From positions 113,365 through 177,364 of the IMG/VR virus record IMGVR_UViG_3300042402_001861: 64,000 bases of DNA; one strand, given 5' to 3'. The notes under the pieces are model-generated. The model was given only the letters and a program-made list of their open reading frames with translations, was not told where the DNA came from and searched no databases. The position numbers and the translations under genes were made by a program. The stretch comes from a virus. Position 1 is the stretch's first letter, and each line of letters begins with the position of its first letter. Below are positions 25,397-35,246 of this stretch, in pieces.

Positions 25397-26362
25397 ATGG
25401 CTCAAAATGCGGTAGTTACATACATGTCTTGCATGAGGGACTTGCCGATTCTTCATCGGAGTCTCGTCATGCTGTTCAAGAACTGGAAGTACGCACAGCA
25501 GTATCCTGTCCTTGTCTTTCATGATGACTTGAATCGTGTGGCAATGTCAAGTCTCATGGTTGCCCTGCACCGTGAACTTGGATTCATGCCAAAGATAAAC
25601 TTCGAAGAGTTGAAGTGGGAGATGCCTTCGTGGGTTTCTCCTGATCCATCGAAGTACACCACATCCCTCAACGAGTTCTGGATGGGGTATCGTCATATGT
25701 GTCGGTTCTATTCGGGTGGGATCTATCGCCATCCAAGCATGGCTCAGTATGATTGGTACTGGCGATTGGATTCAGACTCATACATTCTCTCTCCCGTGGA
25801 TTACGATCCATTCCAAAGAATGGCAGACAACGGATACGAGTATGCCTACATGGGAGATACTGATGAGAAGGATTTGCCCCGTGTCTGTATGGGGCTGTGG
25901 GATACAACCATGGACTTCATGAAGAAGAATGGCATATCCATGAGCAAGCAGTTGAAGGAACATTCCTTGGAAGATGGCAAGACATGGGATCACACCATGT
26001 ATTACACCAACTTTGAAATTGGAAAGTTGTCATTCTTCCGAGGCAACGATTACATGGCATACTTTGACCATCTTGATCAGACGGGACAGATTTACTACAA
26101 CCGATGGGGCGACAATGTGATCCATTGGCTAGGAGTCAACATGCTCATGGACGAAAGCAAGACATGGGCAGTCAAGGACATGACCTATCAGCACAACAAT
26201 TGGCTGAGAAATCTGAGTTCCCTGAAGGATGGAAAGGTTTCGGATGACATTCTCCGCTATGTTGATGGGGACAGCAATCCCAAGGGAAGAAGAGCGAGGC
26301 TTCTATATGCCTTGGATCGATACGCAAAGACTGGAATTGACGGCTGCAATTGGAGCGATTAA
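25397..26362 (+). CDS. GT15 (KRE2/Mnt1-like) alpha-1,2-mannosyltransferase (type C, copy 1)
   Basis: GYRHMCRFYSG, YDWYWRLD, DPF..M, YTNFEI..LSFFR...Y..YF..LD..G.IYY.RWGD. Confidence 0.85.
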   Translation: MAQNAVVTYMSCMRDLPILHRSLVMLFKNWKYAQQYPVLVFHDDLNRVAMSSLMVALHRELGFMPKINFEELKWEMPSWVSPDPSKYTTSLNEFWMGYRHMCRFYSGGIYRHPSMAQYDWYWRLDSDSYILSPVDYDPFQRMADNGYEYAYMGDTDEKDLPRVCMGLWDTTMDFMKKNGISMSKQLKEHSLEDGKTWDHTMYYTNFEIGKLSFFRGNDYMAYFDHLDQTGQIYYNRWGDNVIHWLGVNMLMDESKTWAVKDMTYQHNNWLRNLSSLKDGKVSDDILRYVDGDSNPKGRRARLLYALDRYAKTGIDGCNWSD

Positions 26363-27082
26363 ATGCACATACTATTGAAATACCCGACTCGTCAGCGACC
26401 ACAAAAGTTTGTCACCAACTTCTTGGGATACATGGATCGCATCTCCGAGAAGCATGAGATCACCGTTGTAATCAGCATGGACAGCGATGATCCCCTCATG
26501 AACAACGACAGGATTCGTGGGTTCCTTGCCAAGCAGAACCAAAGGGGTACTGCCAAGATCATGTACCATTACGGCGAAAGCAAAGGCAAGATCAACGCAA
26601 TCAATCGTGACATTCCCTTGGATGTTCCTTGGGATGTTGTGGTGGCAACAGCCGATGACATGGAGCCGCAGGAAAATGGTTGGGATGACATCATCGCCAA
26701 TGACATGCTCACCGAATTCCCTGATACCAACGGTGCCATCAACTACAATACCGATCCTAGGCTTGAAACCAAGATTGATGGGCGACCTGAAGGATGGAAG
26801 GGACTCATCACCCTGCCTGTGATTGGCCGCAAACTGTATGATCGCTTCGGATACATCTATCATCCCGACTATGTTTCGGAGTCCTGTGATGACGAACAGA
26901 CTCTGGTATTCACGAAGTTGGGAGTGTTGCGTCATATCGACCGAAGACCCATCTTCCACAATTTCGTCCCATGGCATGATGAGTTGATGGTTCGGAACAT
27001 GAGAATCGGGCAGACCGTTGATCGTCAGAAGTTCTTGGAGAGAAAGGCAATCAACTTTGGGTTGCCTGTGGAGATTTCGTGA
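26363..27082 (+). CDS. GT-A fold glycosyltransferase (type A, copy 2)
   Basis: ILLKYPTRQRP...KGKINAIN...VATADDMEP...YDRFGYIYHPDY..CDDE; paralog of 23127. Confidence 0.8.
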   Translation: MHILLKYPTRQRPQKFVTNFLGYMDRISEKHEITVVISMDSDDPLMNNDRIRGFLAKQNQRGTAKIMYHYGESKGKINAINRDIPLDVPWDVVVATADDMEPQENGWDDIIANDMLTEFPDTNGAINYNTDPRLETKIDGRPEGWKGLITLPVIGRKLYDRFGYIYHPDYVSESCDDEQTLVFTKLGVLRHIDRRPIFHNFVPWHDELMVRNMRIGQTVDRQKFLERKAINFGLPVEIS

Positions 27083-27693
27083 TGTTCTACTCGCAACAGT
27101 CAGAGGATGTCATTCTGTGGAAGAAGTACCTGAACTACCGCAACGGATTCTTCGTTGAACTTGGTGCGATGGATGGGGTGACCTATTCGAACACGAAGTT
27201 CTTTGAAGATGAACTTGGTTGGACCGGCATTCTCATTGAACCCGAACCCAACCAGTACAAGCGTCTGTGGGCAAACAGGCCGAATTGCAAGAACTTCAAC
27301 TACGCAGTATCTGAGGTTGATGGAACGGTACTGTTCTACTCAAGAAACGGTGGTGATTCCGGTGGCGGGATCAAGGACACCCACATAGAAACGAATCTGT
27401 ATGGAAAGGAACACGAAATACCCGTACAGAGCAAGCCATTCCATGCCATCCTTGCCGAGGCAGGAAAGCCCAACAGAATCGACCTCTTGGTGGTTGATGT
27501 TGAGGGTGGCGAGTATGGTGTTCTCAAGACATTTGATTGGTCGATACCGACTTATGTTGTTCTGGTAGAGTTTCATCAGAATAATCATGCCACAGAAGAA
27601 TGTAAGCGAATGCTTTCTGAAAATGGCTTCGAATACGGCATGACGATTGGCTGCAACGAAGCATGGATAAATCACAAGGTGGGAAACGCATGA
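27079..27693 (+). CDS. FkbM family methyltransferase
   Basis: FYSQQSED, FFVELGAMDG..YSNT, WTGILIEP, IDLLVVDVEG. Confidence 0.88.
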   Translation: MMFYSQQSEDVILWKKYLNYRNGFFVELGAMDGVTYSNTKFFEDELGWTGILIEPEPNQYKRLWANRPNCKNFNYAVSEVDGTVLFYSRNGGDSGGGIKDTHIETNLYGKEHEIPVQSKPFHAILAEAGKPNRIDLLVVDVEGGEYGVLKTFDWSIPTYVVLVEFHQNNHATEECKRMLSENGFEYGMTIGCNEAWINHKVGNA

Positions 27694-28349
27694 CTGACAT
27701 CAAACTTTCAATATGCATTCCGAGCATCCCCAATCGCCTGAGAATGTACTTGCATCCTCTGTATTCTCGCCTGCTCACACAGATTGGCGACAGCAAGGAC
27801 ATAGAGGTTCTGTCTTTGGTTGACAACAAGATGATGAGCATAGGAAGAAAGAAGTCCCTGTTGCTCTCCATGGCAACCGGAAAGTATTCATGCATCATTG
27901 ATGATGACGATGATGTGGTTGGTGACTACATCGCAACCATGCGTGGACTCATCACGGAAGAAATGGATATGGATGTGATTTGCTACAATCAAGAAGCCAC
28001 CATCAACGGCAAGACATGGTTGGTGAAGACGAGCCTTGACCATAACAGAGTTCATCCTTTCGACCAACTTGAAGTTGATTCCAAGGGCAACACTATTCCT
28101 TGCAAGCGTCCTCCTTGGCAATGGTGTGCATGGAAGACTTCCATGATAAAGACGGTTCCGTTTGGTGACAGCAATTGGGCCGAGGATGCCGCATTCACTC
28201 TCGGTGCATTGGAGAAGGCCAAGACGCAATATGTCTTGGATAAGGTGATGTGCGTATACAGATGGTCACCCCAAGTCACGGAAACACAACGGCCAACAGA
28301 ACAGACAAACATTCAGGAAATGCGGAAAGTGAATTTGACAAATGGCTGA
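27690..28349 (+). CDS. GT2-like glycosyltransferase (type B, copy 2)
   Basis: LSICIPSIPNR...IGRKKSLL...GKYSCIIDDDDD...AED; paralog of 24781. Confidence 0.82.
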   Translation: MTDIKLSICIPSIPNRLRMYLHPLYSRLLTQIGDSKDIEVLSLVDNKMMSIGRKKSLLLSMATGKYSCIIDDDDDVVGDYIATMRGLITEEMDMDVICYNQEATINGKTWLVKTSLDHNRVHPFDQLEVDSKGNTIPCKRPPWQWCAWKTSMIKTVPFGDSNWAEDAAFTLGALEKAKTQYVLDKVMCVYRWSPQVTETQRPTEQTNIQEMRKVNLTNG

Positions 28350-29289
28350 GAATGCCGCGATCATCTATATGTCACGAAAGCGTGACTTGCCCCTGCTTTA
28401 CCGCAGTCTCAGTTTGCTTTGCTACAACTTCAAGCAAGCACGGGAATATCCGATCATCGTGTTCCATGATGACATAACCAAGACTGATGTTGCCAACCTG
28501 ACGGTTCAGTTGCATCGTCAACTTGGCTACATTCCGAGCATTCGCTTTGAACTTCTTTCTTTCGAAATGCCTTCTTGGGTATCTGCCGATGAAAGCAAGT
28601 ACATCGTGCCATTGAGCGAGGCTTGGATGGGTTACCGACACATGTGTCGCTTCCATTCGGGAGGAATCTATCGGGATGAGAGATTGCTCAAGTATGATTG
28701 GTATTGGAGGCTTGATTCCGATTCCTACATCTACTCCCCCATTTCTTACGATCCATTTGAGCGAATGAAGAATGAAGGCTATGAATATGCCTACATGAGT
28801 GAGGAAGATGGAGAGGTTCCTAGCGTTGCACAGGGTCTATGGGAAGAAACCGAGAACTTCCTGAAGACAAACAACATCGAAATGAGCGAGTATTTCAAGA
28901 GTTGCTTGGTGGATGGAAAGTGGAACTATCGGCTCTTCTACACGAACTTTGAGATTGCAAAGTTCTCTTTCTTCCGAGGCAAGGAGTACATGGATTACTT
29001 CGATCATCTTGACCGGACAGGAAACATTTATTATCGACGGTGGGGGGATGCACCCATCCATTGGTTGGGTGTAAAGATGTTCCTTGATCCCAAGAAGACA
29101 TGGGCGGTCAAGGACATAGCATATCACCACAACGCATGGGTAAGGAATTTGAGTGCCATACCCAACAAGCAAGTCCCTGAAAAAATCTGGCAAATCTTGC
29201 AGGGAGATGACTACAGGATGAACCGTTTGTCGCAAGGGATGGCTAAATACATTTCGGGCGGCAATGATGGCCTGAATTGGGGTGAATGA
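28342..29289 (+). CDS. GT15 (KRE2/Mnt1-like) mannosyltransferase (type C, copy 2)
   Basis: GYRHMCRFHSG, YDWYWRLDSDSYI, FYTNFEIAKFSFFR, YRRWGDAPIH. Confidence 0.87.
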   Translation: MAENAAIIYMSRKRDLPLLYRSLSLLCYNFKQAREYPIIVFHDDITKTDVANLTVQLHRQLGYIPSIRFELLSFEMPSWVSADESKYIVPLSEAWMGYRHMCRFHSGGIYRDERLLKYDWYWRLDSDSYIYSPISYDPFERMKNEGYEYAYMSEEDGEVPSVAQGLWEETENFLKTNNIEMSEYFKSCLVDGKWNYRLFYTNFEIAKFSFFRGKEYMDYFDHLDRTGNIYYRRWGDAPIHWLGVKMFLDPKKTWAVKDIAYHHNAWVRNLSAIPNKQVPEKIWQILQGDDYRMNRLSQGMAKYISGGNDGLNWGE

Positions 29290-29900
29290 TGTATTCGCAA
29301 GCATTTCAAGATGAATTCGTAGACATTCTTCTGTCTCGTCCCACCAAGGGGTTCTTTGTGGATGTCGGTGCTGGATATGACCAAGCCATCGACATAAACA
29401 GCAATTCTTTGATGTTTGAGGAAAGAGGGTGGGAAGGTATAGCCATAGATGGAAGCATGGAGCGAATGTTGGGTAGAAAGTGCAAATGTGTTTCTTGCTT
29501 CATCGGGGATGGGTCAGAAGGAACAGTCCTTCTTTCCGATGTTCTCTCTGCAAATGGATGCCCAACTGTGGTTGACTATCTGTCCGTGGATATAGAAGGA
29601 AATGACTACAAGGCCATTGAGTCTTTTGTTGGTGGTGGTTATGAATTCAAGATCGCAACCATAGAACACAATTTATATTCTCGTAATGCTGGAGTGGATG
29701 AACTCAAGAGAGATGTGTTTGACCTCTTGACTCGCAACGGTTACATAAGAATCGTTGACAATGTGGGTCACATGGCGATTTCCTCGGATCTACACAGAGG
29801 ATGGCCGTTCGAAGACTGGTACATCAATCCGAAATATGTGAAGTATAAAGAGACAATGAACACAATAAAGACCATGAAGGAAAATGGAGAAGCAAGATGA
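29286..29900 (+). CDS. FkbM family methyltransferase (copy 2)
   Basis: YSQAFQD, FFVDVGAG, GWEGIAID, VDYLSVDIEG, ATIEHN, FEDWY. Confidence 0.82.
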   Translation: MMYSQAFQDEFVDILLSRPTKGFFVDVGAGYDQAIDINSNSLMFEERGWEGIAIDGSMERMLGRKCKCVSCFIGDGSEGTVLLSDVLSANGCPTVVDYLSVDIEGNDYKAIESFVGGGYEFKIATIEHNLYSRNAGVDELKRDVFDLLTRNGYIRIVDNVGHMAISSDLHRGWPFEDWYINPKYVKYKETMNTIKTMKENGEAR

Positions 29901-30805
29901 AACTCGACAAAGTGGTGTTTGGATGCTCCGAGACATTTAGCCCGTGGTGGAACATTCAGTCCCGTGTATGGAAGACCAAGTTCAATGTTGAACCGGTATG
30001 CCTGTTGTTTGGTGACAAGAACAAGTGTGGCATGTCTGAGAAATATGGGCAAGTAGTGGAGATGCAGTTTGACAAAGACTTGCCGGACATCATTCAGATA
30101 CAGTTCTGCAAATTTTACTATCCAAAGACCGAGCCAGACAAGACATGGATCATTGGTGACATTGATCAGATACCTTTGCAGACCGAGTACTTCTTGGAAG
30201 ACCTTCCTAGCATTCCCGACGATGCCTATGCTCACCTGAACTATACTCTTACTGCACAGATGCGTCCCGATGCTCGAACGGATGGATTCCCCGGAATCCC
30301 CGCCGATACCTTTATGAAGTTGGGATCGTATGCAAATGGTGGCTTTGATCTTCCCGGACATTACCATGTTGCAAAGGGTCATCTTTATGAAAAGTTGTTC
30401 TTCAACGGTCGTTCCTTCAAGGAAGTTGTTCAATATGTGATTGAAGCACAGAGGCATGGGATGATAAAGGAGGATGCCAGAAAGACCCTCAATCAGAACA
30501 TTCATGGTATGTACTGGATTGCTGAGGAAGGCTATACCTCCGAACAGATATGGTATGGATTGAAGTCCAAGAAGATCAGCGGCTTCTACGGCAAGGAATA
30601 CCACATTTGGAATCAGAAGATCGACAGAGTAGGAAGACTGTTTGATGCTCAGGGAAGATTTACACCTCAATGGACAGGTAGCAACTATCTGTATGATGAG
30701 AACAAATTGAGGAACAAGGGATACATGGATTTGCATTGCCATCGGCCTTATCACGAACAGGAAAGGCCCATGATGCGTATTCTTGAAATCGCTGAGATGA
30801 TCTGA
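29897..30805 (+). CDS. hypothetical protein, probable glycosyltransferase
   Basis: Within the glycan island; WIIGDIDQIPL DxD-like motif; DLHCHRP C-terminus. Confidence 0.55.
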   Translation: MKLDKVVFGCSETFSPWWNIQSRVWKTKFNVEPVCLLFGDKNKCGMSEKYGQVVEMQFDKDLPDIIQIQFCKFYYPKTEPDKTWIIGDIDQIPLQTEYFLEDLPSIPDDAYAHLNYTLTAQMRPDARTDGFPGIPADTFMKLGSYANGGFDLPGHYHVAKGHLYEKLFFNGRSFKEVVQYVIEAQRHGMIKEDARKTLNQNIHGMYWIAEEGYTSEQIWYGLKSKKISGFYGKEYHIWNQKIDRVGRLFDAQGRFTPQWTGSNYLYDENKLRNKGYMDLHCHRPYHEQERPMMRILEIAEMI

Positions 30806-32211
30806 TGGCATTCATCTGCATATCCGGCAGTTCGGGTGTGGGAAAGACCACGATATCGACTTTGATGCAGTCGGTATTGGGTGCGGAGAATTGCACCACT
30901 CTGAGCGGAGATGATCTACACAGATGGGAAAGAACAAGTCCCGTGTGGAAGATCAAAACTCACTTGGATCCAGAAGAGAACGACTTGGAGCGAGGCTATG
31001 CTGACATACGGGCTCTCATGGACGGCAAAACCATCGAACGGAGAAAGTACAACCACGACACGGGAATATGGGATTCTCCAATTTTGGTTCAACCAAGGGA
31101 ACATGTTCTGTACGAAGGGCTTCATGCCCTGTACCACATTCCGACCTATAGCCTTGCTGACCTGACGATCTTTGTTGATACGGATGATACGCTGAAGACC
31201 GAGTGGAAGGTGAAGCGAGATACGAAGAAGAGGGGCTACACGGAAAGCCAAGTTCTTGAAACGATGAAGAGGCGAAAGAAGGACGAGGAATTGTACATCA
31301 CGCCGCAGAAAGAGAGAGCGGATGTGGTGGTGAAGTTCACGAAGGGAAGGGACGGATCGATATCGCTAGAGTACATCTCTGTGAACGGCAAGGGAATTGC
31401 ATTGATGGACAGGATGAAGGAATTCTACGATTCTCTTCGGGATTACATGAATCTCTGCAAGTGGATATCGCTTGATCCTTCCTTAGTACAGGGACCGGGA
31501 GGAAATGTTTCCGTGAAGTCAAAGAGCGGAATCATTATCAAGTCATCAGGTGCGAGAATGTCCGATGTAAATCTACATCACGGATTCAGTCTTTGTGACA
31601 TAGATGGGGACTTTCCTGAATTTCAGTCGGAGGAGGAATACACGGAGTTCGTTCATCGTTCACGGAAAATGGGCAGCAGGCCATCTATGGAAACAGGATT
31701 CCATGTAGTGTTGCCCGAGCGAGTGGTAGTACATACGCATCCTATCCATCTCAATGCCATCCTTTGCAGCAAGGAGGCTAGGGGAACCATCAGGGACATC
31801 TTCCACGATCTTTCATACGATTTCATTGAATACACAAGACCCGGCATGATGCTCACCAACAGGTTGATAGAAGACATGCCAGCGAACATCATATTTCTAG
31901 AGAACCACGGACTGATCGTGTGTTCCGAAAGCCCGCAGGAGGCATTGGAGACAACCGAAAGAATAAACAACCGATGCAAGAGATGGCTTGCTAATCATGT
32001 TGAGTCTTTCGTTGATCTTGAAGATTGCAAGCAAGAATCTCTGCCACTTTTCCCCGATGCTGCCGTCTTGCCTGATGAAATGCGCTCAACCAACAACTAC
32101 ATACTTGGTCTGCTGAATGCAGCCTGTCTATCTCCGAATTACCTTTCGGAGGAAGAGGCAACGGCACTCAACTCAATGATTTCAGAAAAGTATAGGAAGG
32201 CTATAGCATGA
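30805..32211 (+). CDS. phosphoribulokinase/uridine-kinase-like P-loop kinase fused to class II aldolase/epimerase
   Basis: GSSGVGKTT, GDDLH, YEGLH, RDTKKRGY; then GPGGNVS, RPSMETGFH, VHTHP, LENHG. Confidence 0.85.
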   Translation: MAFICISGSSGVGKTTISTLMQSVLGAENCTTLSGDDLHRWERTSPVWKIKTHLDPEENDLERGYADIRALMDGKTIERRKYNHDTGIWDSPILVQPREHVLYEGLHALYHIPTYSLADLTIFVDTDDTLKTEWKVKRDTKKRGYTESQVLETMKRRKKDEELYITPQKERADVVVKFTKGRDGSISLEYISVNGKGIALMDRMKEFYDSLRDYMNLCKWISLDPSLVQGPGGNVSVKSKSGIIIKSSGARMSDVNLHHGFSLCDIDGDFPEFQSEEEYTEFVHRSRKMGSRPSMETGFHVVLPERVVVHTHPIHLNAILCSKEARGTIRDIFHDLSYDFIEYTRPGMMLTNRLIEDMPANIIFLENHGLIVCSESPQEALETTERINNRCKRWLANHVESFVDLEDCKQESLPLFPDAAVLPDEMRSTNNYILGLLNAACLSPNYLSEEEATALNSMISEKYRKAIA

Positions 32212-33044
32212 AGATTGTGATTCCGATGGCAGGGACGGGGAATCGGTTCGTGGAAAAGGGTTATGCCGATCCCAAGCCGCTCATTCGTGTGAACGGCAAG
32301 CGCATTATCGATTACATTCTTGATATGTTCGACACGGAAAACGATGAGTTCGTCTTCATCTGTAATGATGTTCACTTGGCAACGACCAACATGGAGAAAA
32401 TCCTTCGGGCAATCGTCAAGAATGCAACCATCATTTCGATGCCGCAGCACAAGTTGGGCCCGGTCTACACGGTTCAGGCTGCTTACGATCACATCAAGGA
32501 TGACGAGGAAGTCATCATCTCGTACTGCGATAACCCACATCTGTGGGATCGCAAGGACTTCGAAACCAAGATGCATGAGGGAGGATATGCCGGTTGCGTA
32601 CTCACGCACACGGGATTCCATCCACACACCCTTGCTCACACGAAGATGGCTTTCGTCAAGGGAAGCAACAATATCCTTGAGGAGATCAAGGAGAAGGCTT
32701 GCTACACGGACAATCCGATGGATGAACATGCATCCACGGGAGTCTATTACTTCAGCAAGGGTGCCTATATCAAGAAGTATTTTGACCAAGCAGTAGCCGA
32801 GAAGATACAGTACAACGGCGAGTTCTATGTTACGCTTGTCTACAATCTTCTCGTTCGTGATGGATTGAAGGTTGGATACTACGATACACCCTATGTCACG
32901 GTGTTTGGGACTCCAGAGGAAGTAGAGAATTTTGAGGCTTGGGCCACGATTCTCAAGGGAACGCAAGTGAAGAATGTCATCGATCTTGTGGCCTGCTATC
33001 AATATTGGAAGAAGTACCATGAGGAGGAAGCAACAGTACTATGA
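32208..33044 (+). CDS. sugar-phosphate nucleotidyltransferase (GT-A/NTP_transferase)
   Basis: MKIVIPMAGTGNRF...PKPLI...YCD...ASTGVYYF...GEFYV. Confidence 0.88.
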   Translation: MKIVIPMAGTGNRFVEKGYADPKPLIRVNGKRIIDYILDMFDTENDEFVFICNDVHLATTNMEKILRAIVKNATIISMPQHKLGPVYTVQAAYDHIKDDEEVIISYCDNPHLWDRKDFETKMHEGGYAGCVLTHTGFHPHTLAHTKMAFVKGSNNILEEIKEKACYTDNPMDEHASTGVYYFSKGAYIKKYFDQAVAEKIQYNGEFYVTLVYNLLVRDGLKVGYYDTPYVTVFGTPEEVENFEAWATILKGTQVKNVIDLVACYQYWKKYHEEEATVL

Positions 33045-33511
33045 TCTACATTTCACACAGAGGAAATCTCAACGGCATCAAGCCTGAACTTGAGAATGCC
33101 CCAACCTACATCGATGAGTGCATCCATCGTGGCTTTGACTGTGAGATAGACCTACGGATGCGGGATGGTATGCCTCACTTGGGGCACGACACACCCGACT
33201 TTGTTGTTTCTGCCTCTTGGCTGAACAATCGAAAGGACAGGCTATGGATTCATGTCAAGGAATACGAGGCTTTGGTGTGGCTGATGGAGAATTGCCCTGA
33301 TTGTAAGTTTTTCTGCCACGAAAGTGATCGATACACATTGATAAGCAATGGATGGATATGGTCGCATGATTTGACAAATAAAATGACAGAGAAGTGCGTG
33401 GTTCCATTGCTTTCAAAAGAATCGATAGAGGCGTATTCTCAAGAACCAACATTCGGTGCAGTCTGTTCGGATTTTGTGTTTGATTGCATGGAGAAGTTCG
33501 ATCTGGACTGA
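33041..33511 (+). CDS. PLC-like / GDPD-like phosphodiesterase
   Basis: ISHRGN...EN.P.YI...GFDCEIDL...LGHD...WIHVK. Confidence 0.8.
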   Translation: MIYISHRGNLNGIKPELENAPTYIDECIHRGFDCEIDLRMRDGMPHLGHDTPDFVVSASWLNNRKDRLWIHVKEYEALVWLMENCPDCKFFCHESDRYTLISNGWIWSHDLTNKMTEKCVVPLLSKESIEAYSQEPTFGAVCSDFVFDCMEKFDLD

Positions 33512-33518
33512 ACCTGTC

Positions 33519-33546
33519 TTGACTTCGGTGTTGGGTGCTGTATACT
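33519..33546 (+). promoter_or_regulatory. sigma70-like promoter TTGACT-16-TATACT
   Basis: Re-initiates before gp41 after the glycan island. Confidence 0.65.
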
Positions 33547-33553
33547 TTGCCCA

Positions 33554-34975
33554 ATGACTTCTGATCGAATCGAAACCCTTGTACTTCGTTCGCTGATTCA
33601 CGATGATGAGTTCGCTCGTCGGGCTTTGCCGTTCATCAAGCCCGAGTACTTCATGGATCGAAACGAGAAGGTGGTCTATGAAACCATCCACTCGTTCATC
33701 ACTACCTATAACAAGACTCCTACCGCAGAATCACTCTGCATCGACCTATCGAACCGTGATGGACTTTCCGAAGAAGAGTTCAAGCAGGCAAAGAAGGTAA
33801 TCGAAGAGATCGCGGAGTACAACAAGCCCGACACAGACTGGCTTGTCAAAAGCACCGAGAAGTTCTGCCGGGACAAGGCCATCTACAATGCCATCATGGA
33901 GTCGATTCAGATCATCGATGGCAAGGGCAATAAGACACAGAACGCCATTCCCGAGATTCTATCTGATGCCTTGGCTGTTTCGTTCGACACACACATCGGC
34001 CATGACTTCATCGATGACCACAACGAACGGTACGACTTCTACCACAAGATCGAACGGAAGATGCCGTTTGACCTTGAATACCTGAACAAGATCACTCAAG
34101 GAGGTGTACCGAGCAAGACACTCAATGTCATCCTCGCGGGCACGGGTGTGGGCAAGAGCCTCTTCATGTGCCATCATGCCGCCCAATGCCTTATCGGTGG
34201 GAACAATGTCCTGTACATCACCTGTGAGATGGCAGAGGAGAGGATCGCAGAACGCATCGATGCCAATCTCATGGACATCTCCCTTGATGACCTGAAGAAG
34301 TTGCCCAAGGACATCTACACCCGAAAAATGCAGAGGATCATGTCCTCCACTTCATCGAAGTTGATCATCAAGGAGTATCCCACAGCAACGGCAAATGCTA
34401 TGCACTTTGAACACCTGTTGGATGAACTGCGGCTGAAGAAGAACTTCAAGCCCGATATCGTGTTCATCGACTATCTCAACATCTGTGCATCAAGTCGCTT
34501 CAAGGCTAACTCCAATGTGAACTCCTACACTTATGTCAAGGCGATTGCCGAGGAACTTCGTGGCATGGCCGTCAAGTACGATGTTCCCATCTTCACGGCA
34601 ACACAGACCAATCGCGAAGGGTTCGGAAACAGCGATGTGGAACTCACCAACACAAGCGAGTCCTTCGGTCTTCCCGCCACGGCTGACTTCATGGTTGCCC
34701 TGATTTCCACCGAGGAACTTGAGGAACTTGGACAGTTGATGGTAAAGCAGTTGAAGAATCGATATGGTGACCCGTCAAGTAACAGGCGATTCGTTGTCGG
34801 TGTTGACCGCAGCAAGATGAAGTTGTTTGATTTGGATGCCTCCGCACAGCAAGGCATTTCTAAAATGGGCGATGCCGAGAAGGACGAGGAGCAGGAACAG
34901 GGAGGATTCAGGACTTTCCGTCAGCGGATGGAGGACAAGTTTGTCAAGAAGAATAATTTCGATGACTGGTCTTGA
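33554..34975 (+). CDS. gp41: DnaB-like replicative helicase
   Basis: LAGTGVGKS, EMAEERIAERID, IKEYPT, FIDYLNIC, SESFGLPATAD, QLKNRY. Confidence 0.97.
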   Translation: MTSDRIETLVLRSLIHDDEFARRALPFIKPEYFMDRNEKVVYETIHSFITTYNKTPTAESLCIDLSNRDGLSEEEFKQAKKVIEEIAEYNKPDTDWLVKSTEKFCRDKAIYNAIMESIQIIDGKGNKTQNAIPEILSDALAVSFDTHIGHDFIDDHNERYDFYHKIERKMPFDLEYLNKITQGGVPSKTLNVILAGTGVGKSLFMCHHAAQCLIGGNNVLYITCEMAEERIAERIDANLMDISLDDLKKLPKDIYTRKMQRIMSSTSSKLIIKEYPTATANAMHFEHLLDELRLKKNFKPDIVFIDYLNICASSRFKANSNVNSYTYVKAIAEELRGMAVKYDVPIFTATQTNREGFGNSDVELTNTSESFGLPATADFMVALISTEELEELGQLMVKQLKNRYGDPSSNRRFVVGVDRSKMKLFDLDASAQQGISKMGDAEKDEEQEQGGFRTFRQRMEDKFVKKNNFDDWS

Positions 34976-34999
34976 ACTTGTCAACATACAAGGTATACT
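34972..34999 (+). promoter_or_regulatory. sigma70-like promoter TTGAAC-16-TATACT
   Basis: Upstream of ATG 35007. Confidence 0.45.
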
Positions 35000-35006
35000 T
35001 TACACC

Positions 35007-35246
35007 ATGACATATCGCCTACACATTGACATTCCGATTGAAGCCTGCTCCGTGGAGGAGGCTCAAGAGAAGGCAAGAGGAATCCTGAATGAACTTTCGA
35101 TTCGTGAAGATGCCCAAATGGGTCATCTCGTTGAAGAGATCAATTACAGATTGGGTCATGACGATGATCGGCAGCGTTCGAATTATCTGGACATCGATAC
35201 TAGAGGGCATTGCTCAAGCAAGAAGAGCAAAGTACGGTTCAGATAA
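35007..35246 (+). CDS. hypothetical protein
   Basis: 79-aa ORF directly after a promoter-like sequence. Confidence 0.55.
   Translation: MTYRLHIDIPIEACSVEEAQEKARGILNELSIREDAQMGHLVEEINYRLGHDDDRQRSNYLDIDTRGHCSSKKSKVRFR

Noticed and set aside
30805-31450. Phosphoribulokinase as a Calvin-cycle auxiliary gene implying a cyanobacterial host
   Set aside because: It is fused to an aldolase inside a glycan island, and no photosynthesis genes (psbA, hli, cp12) are present in the window
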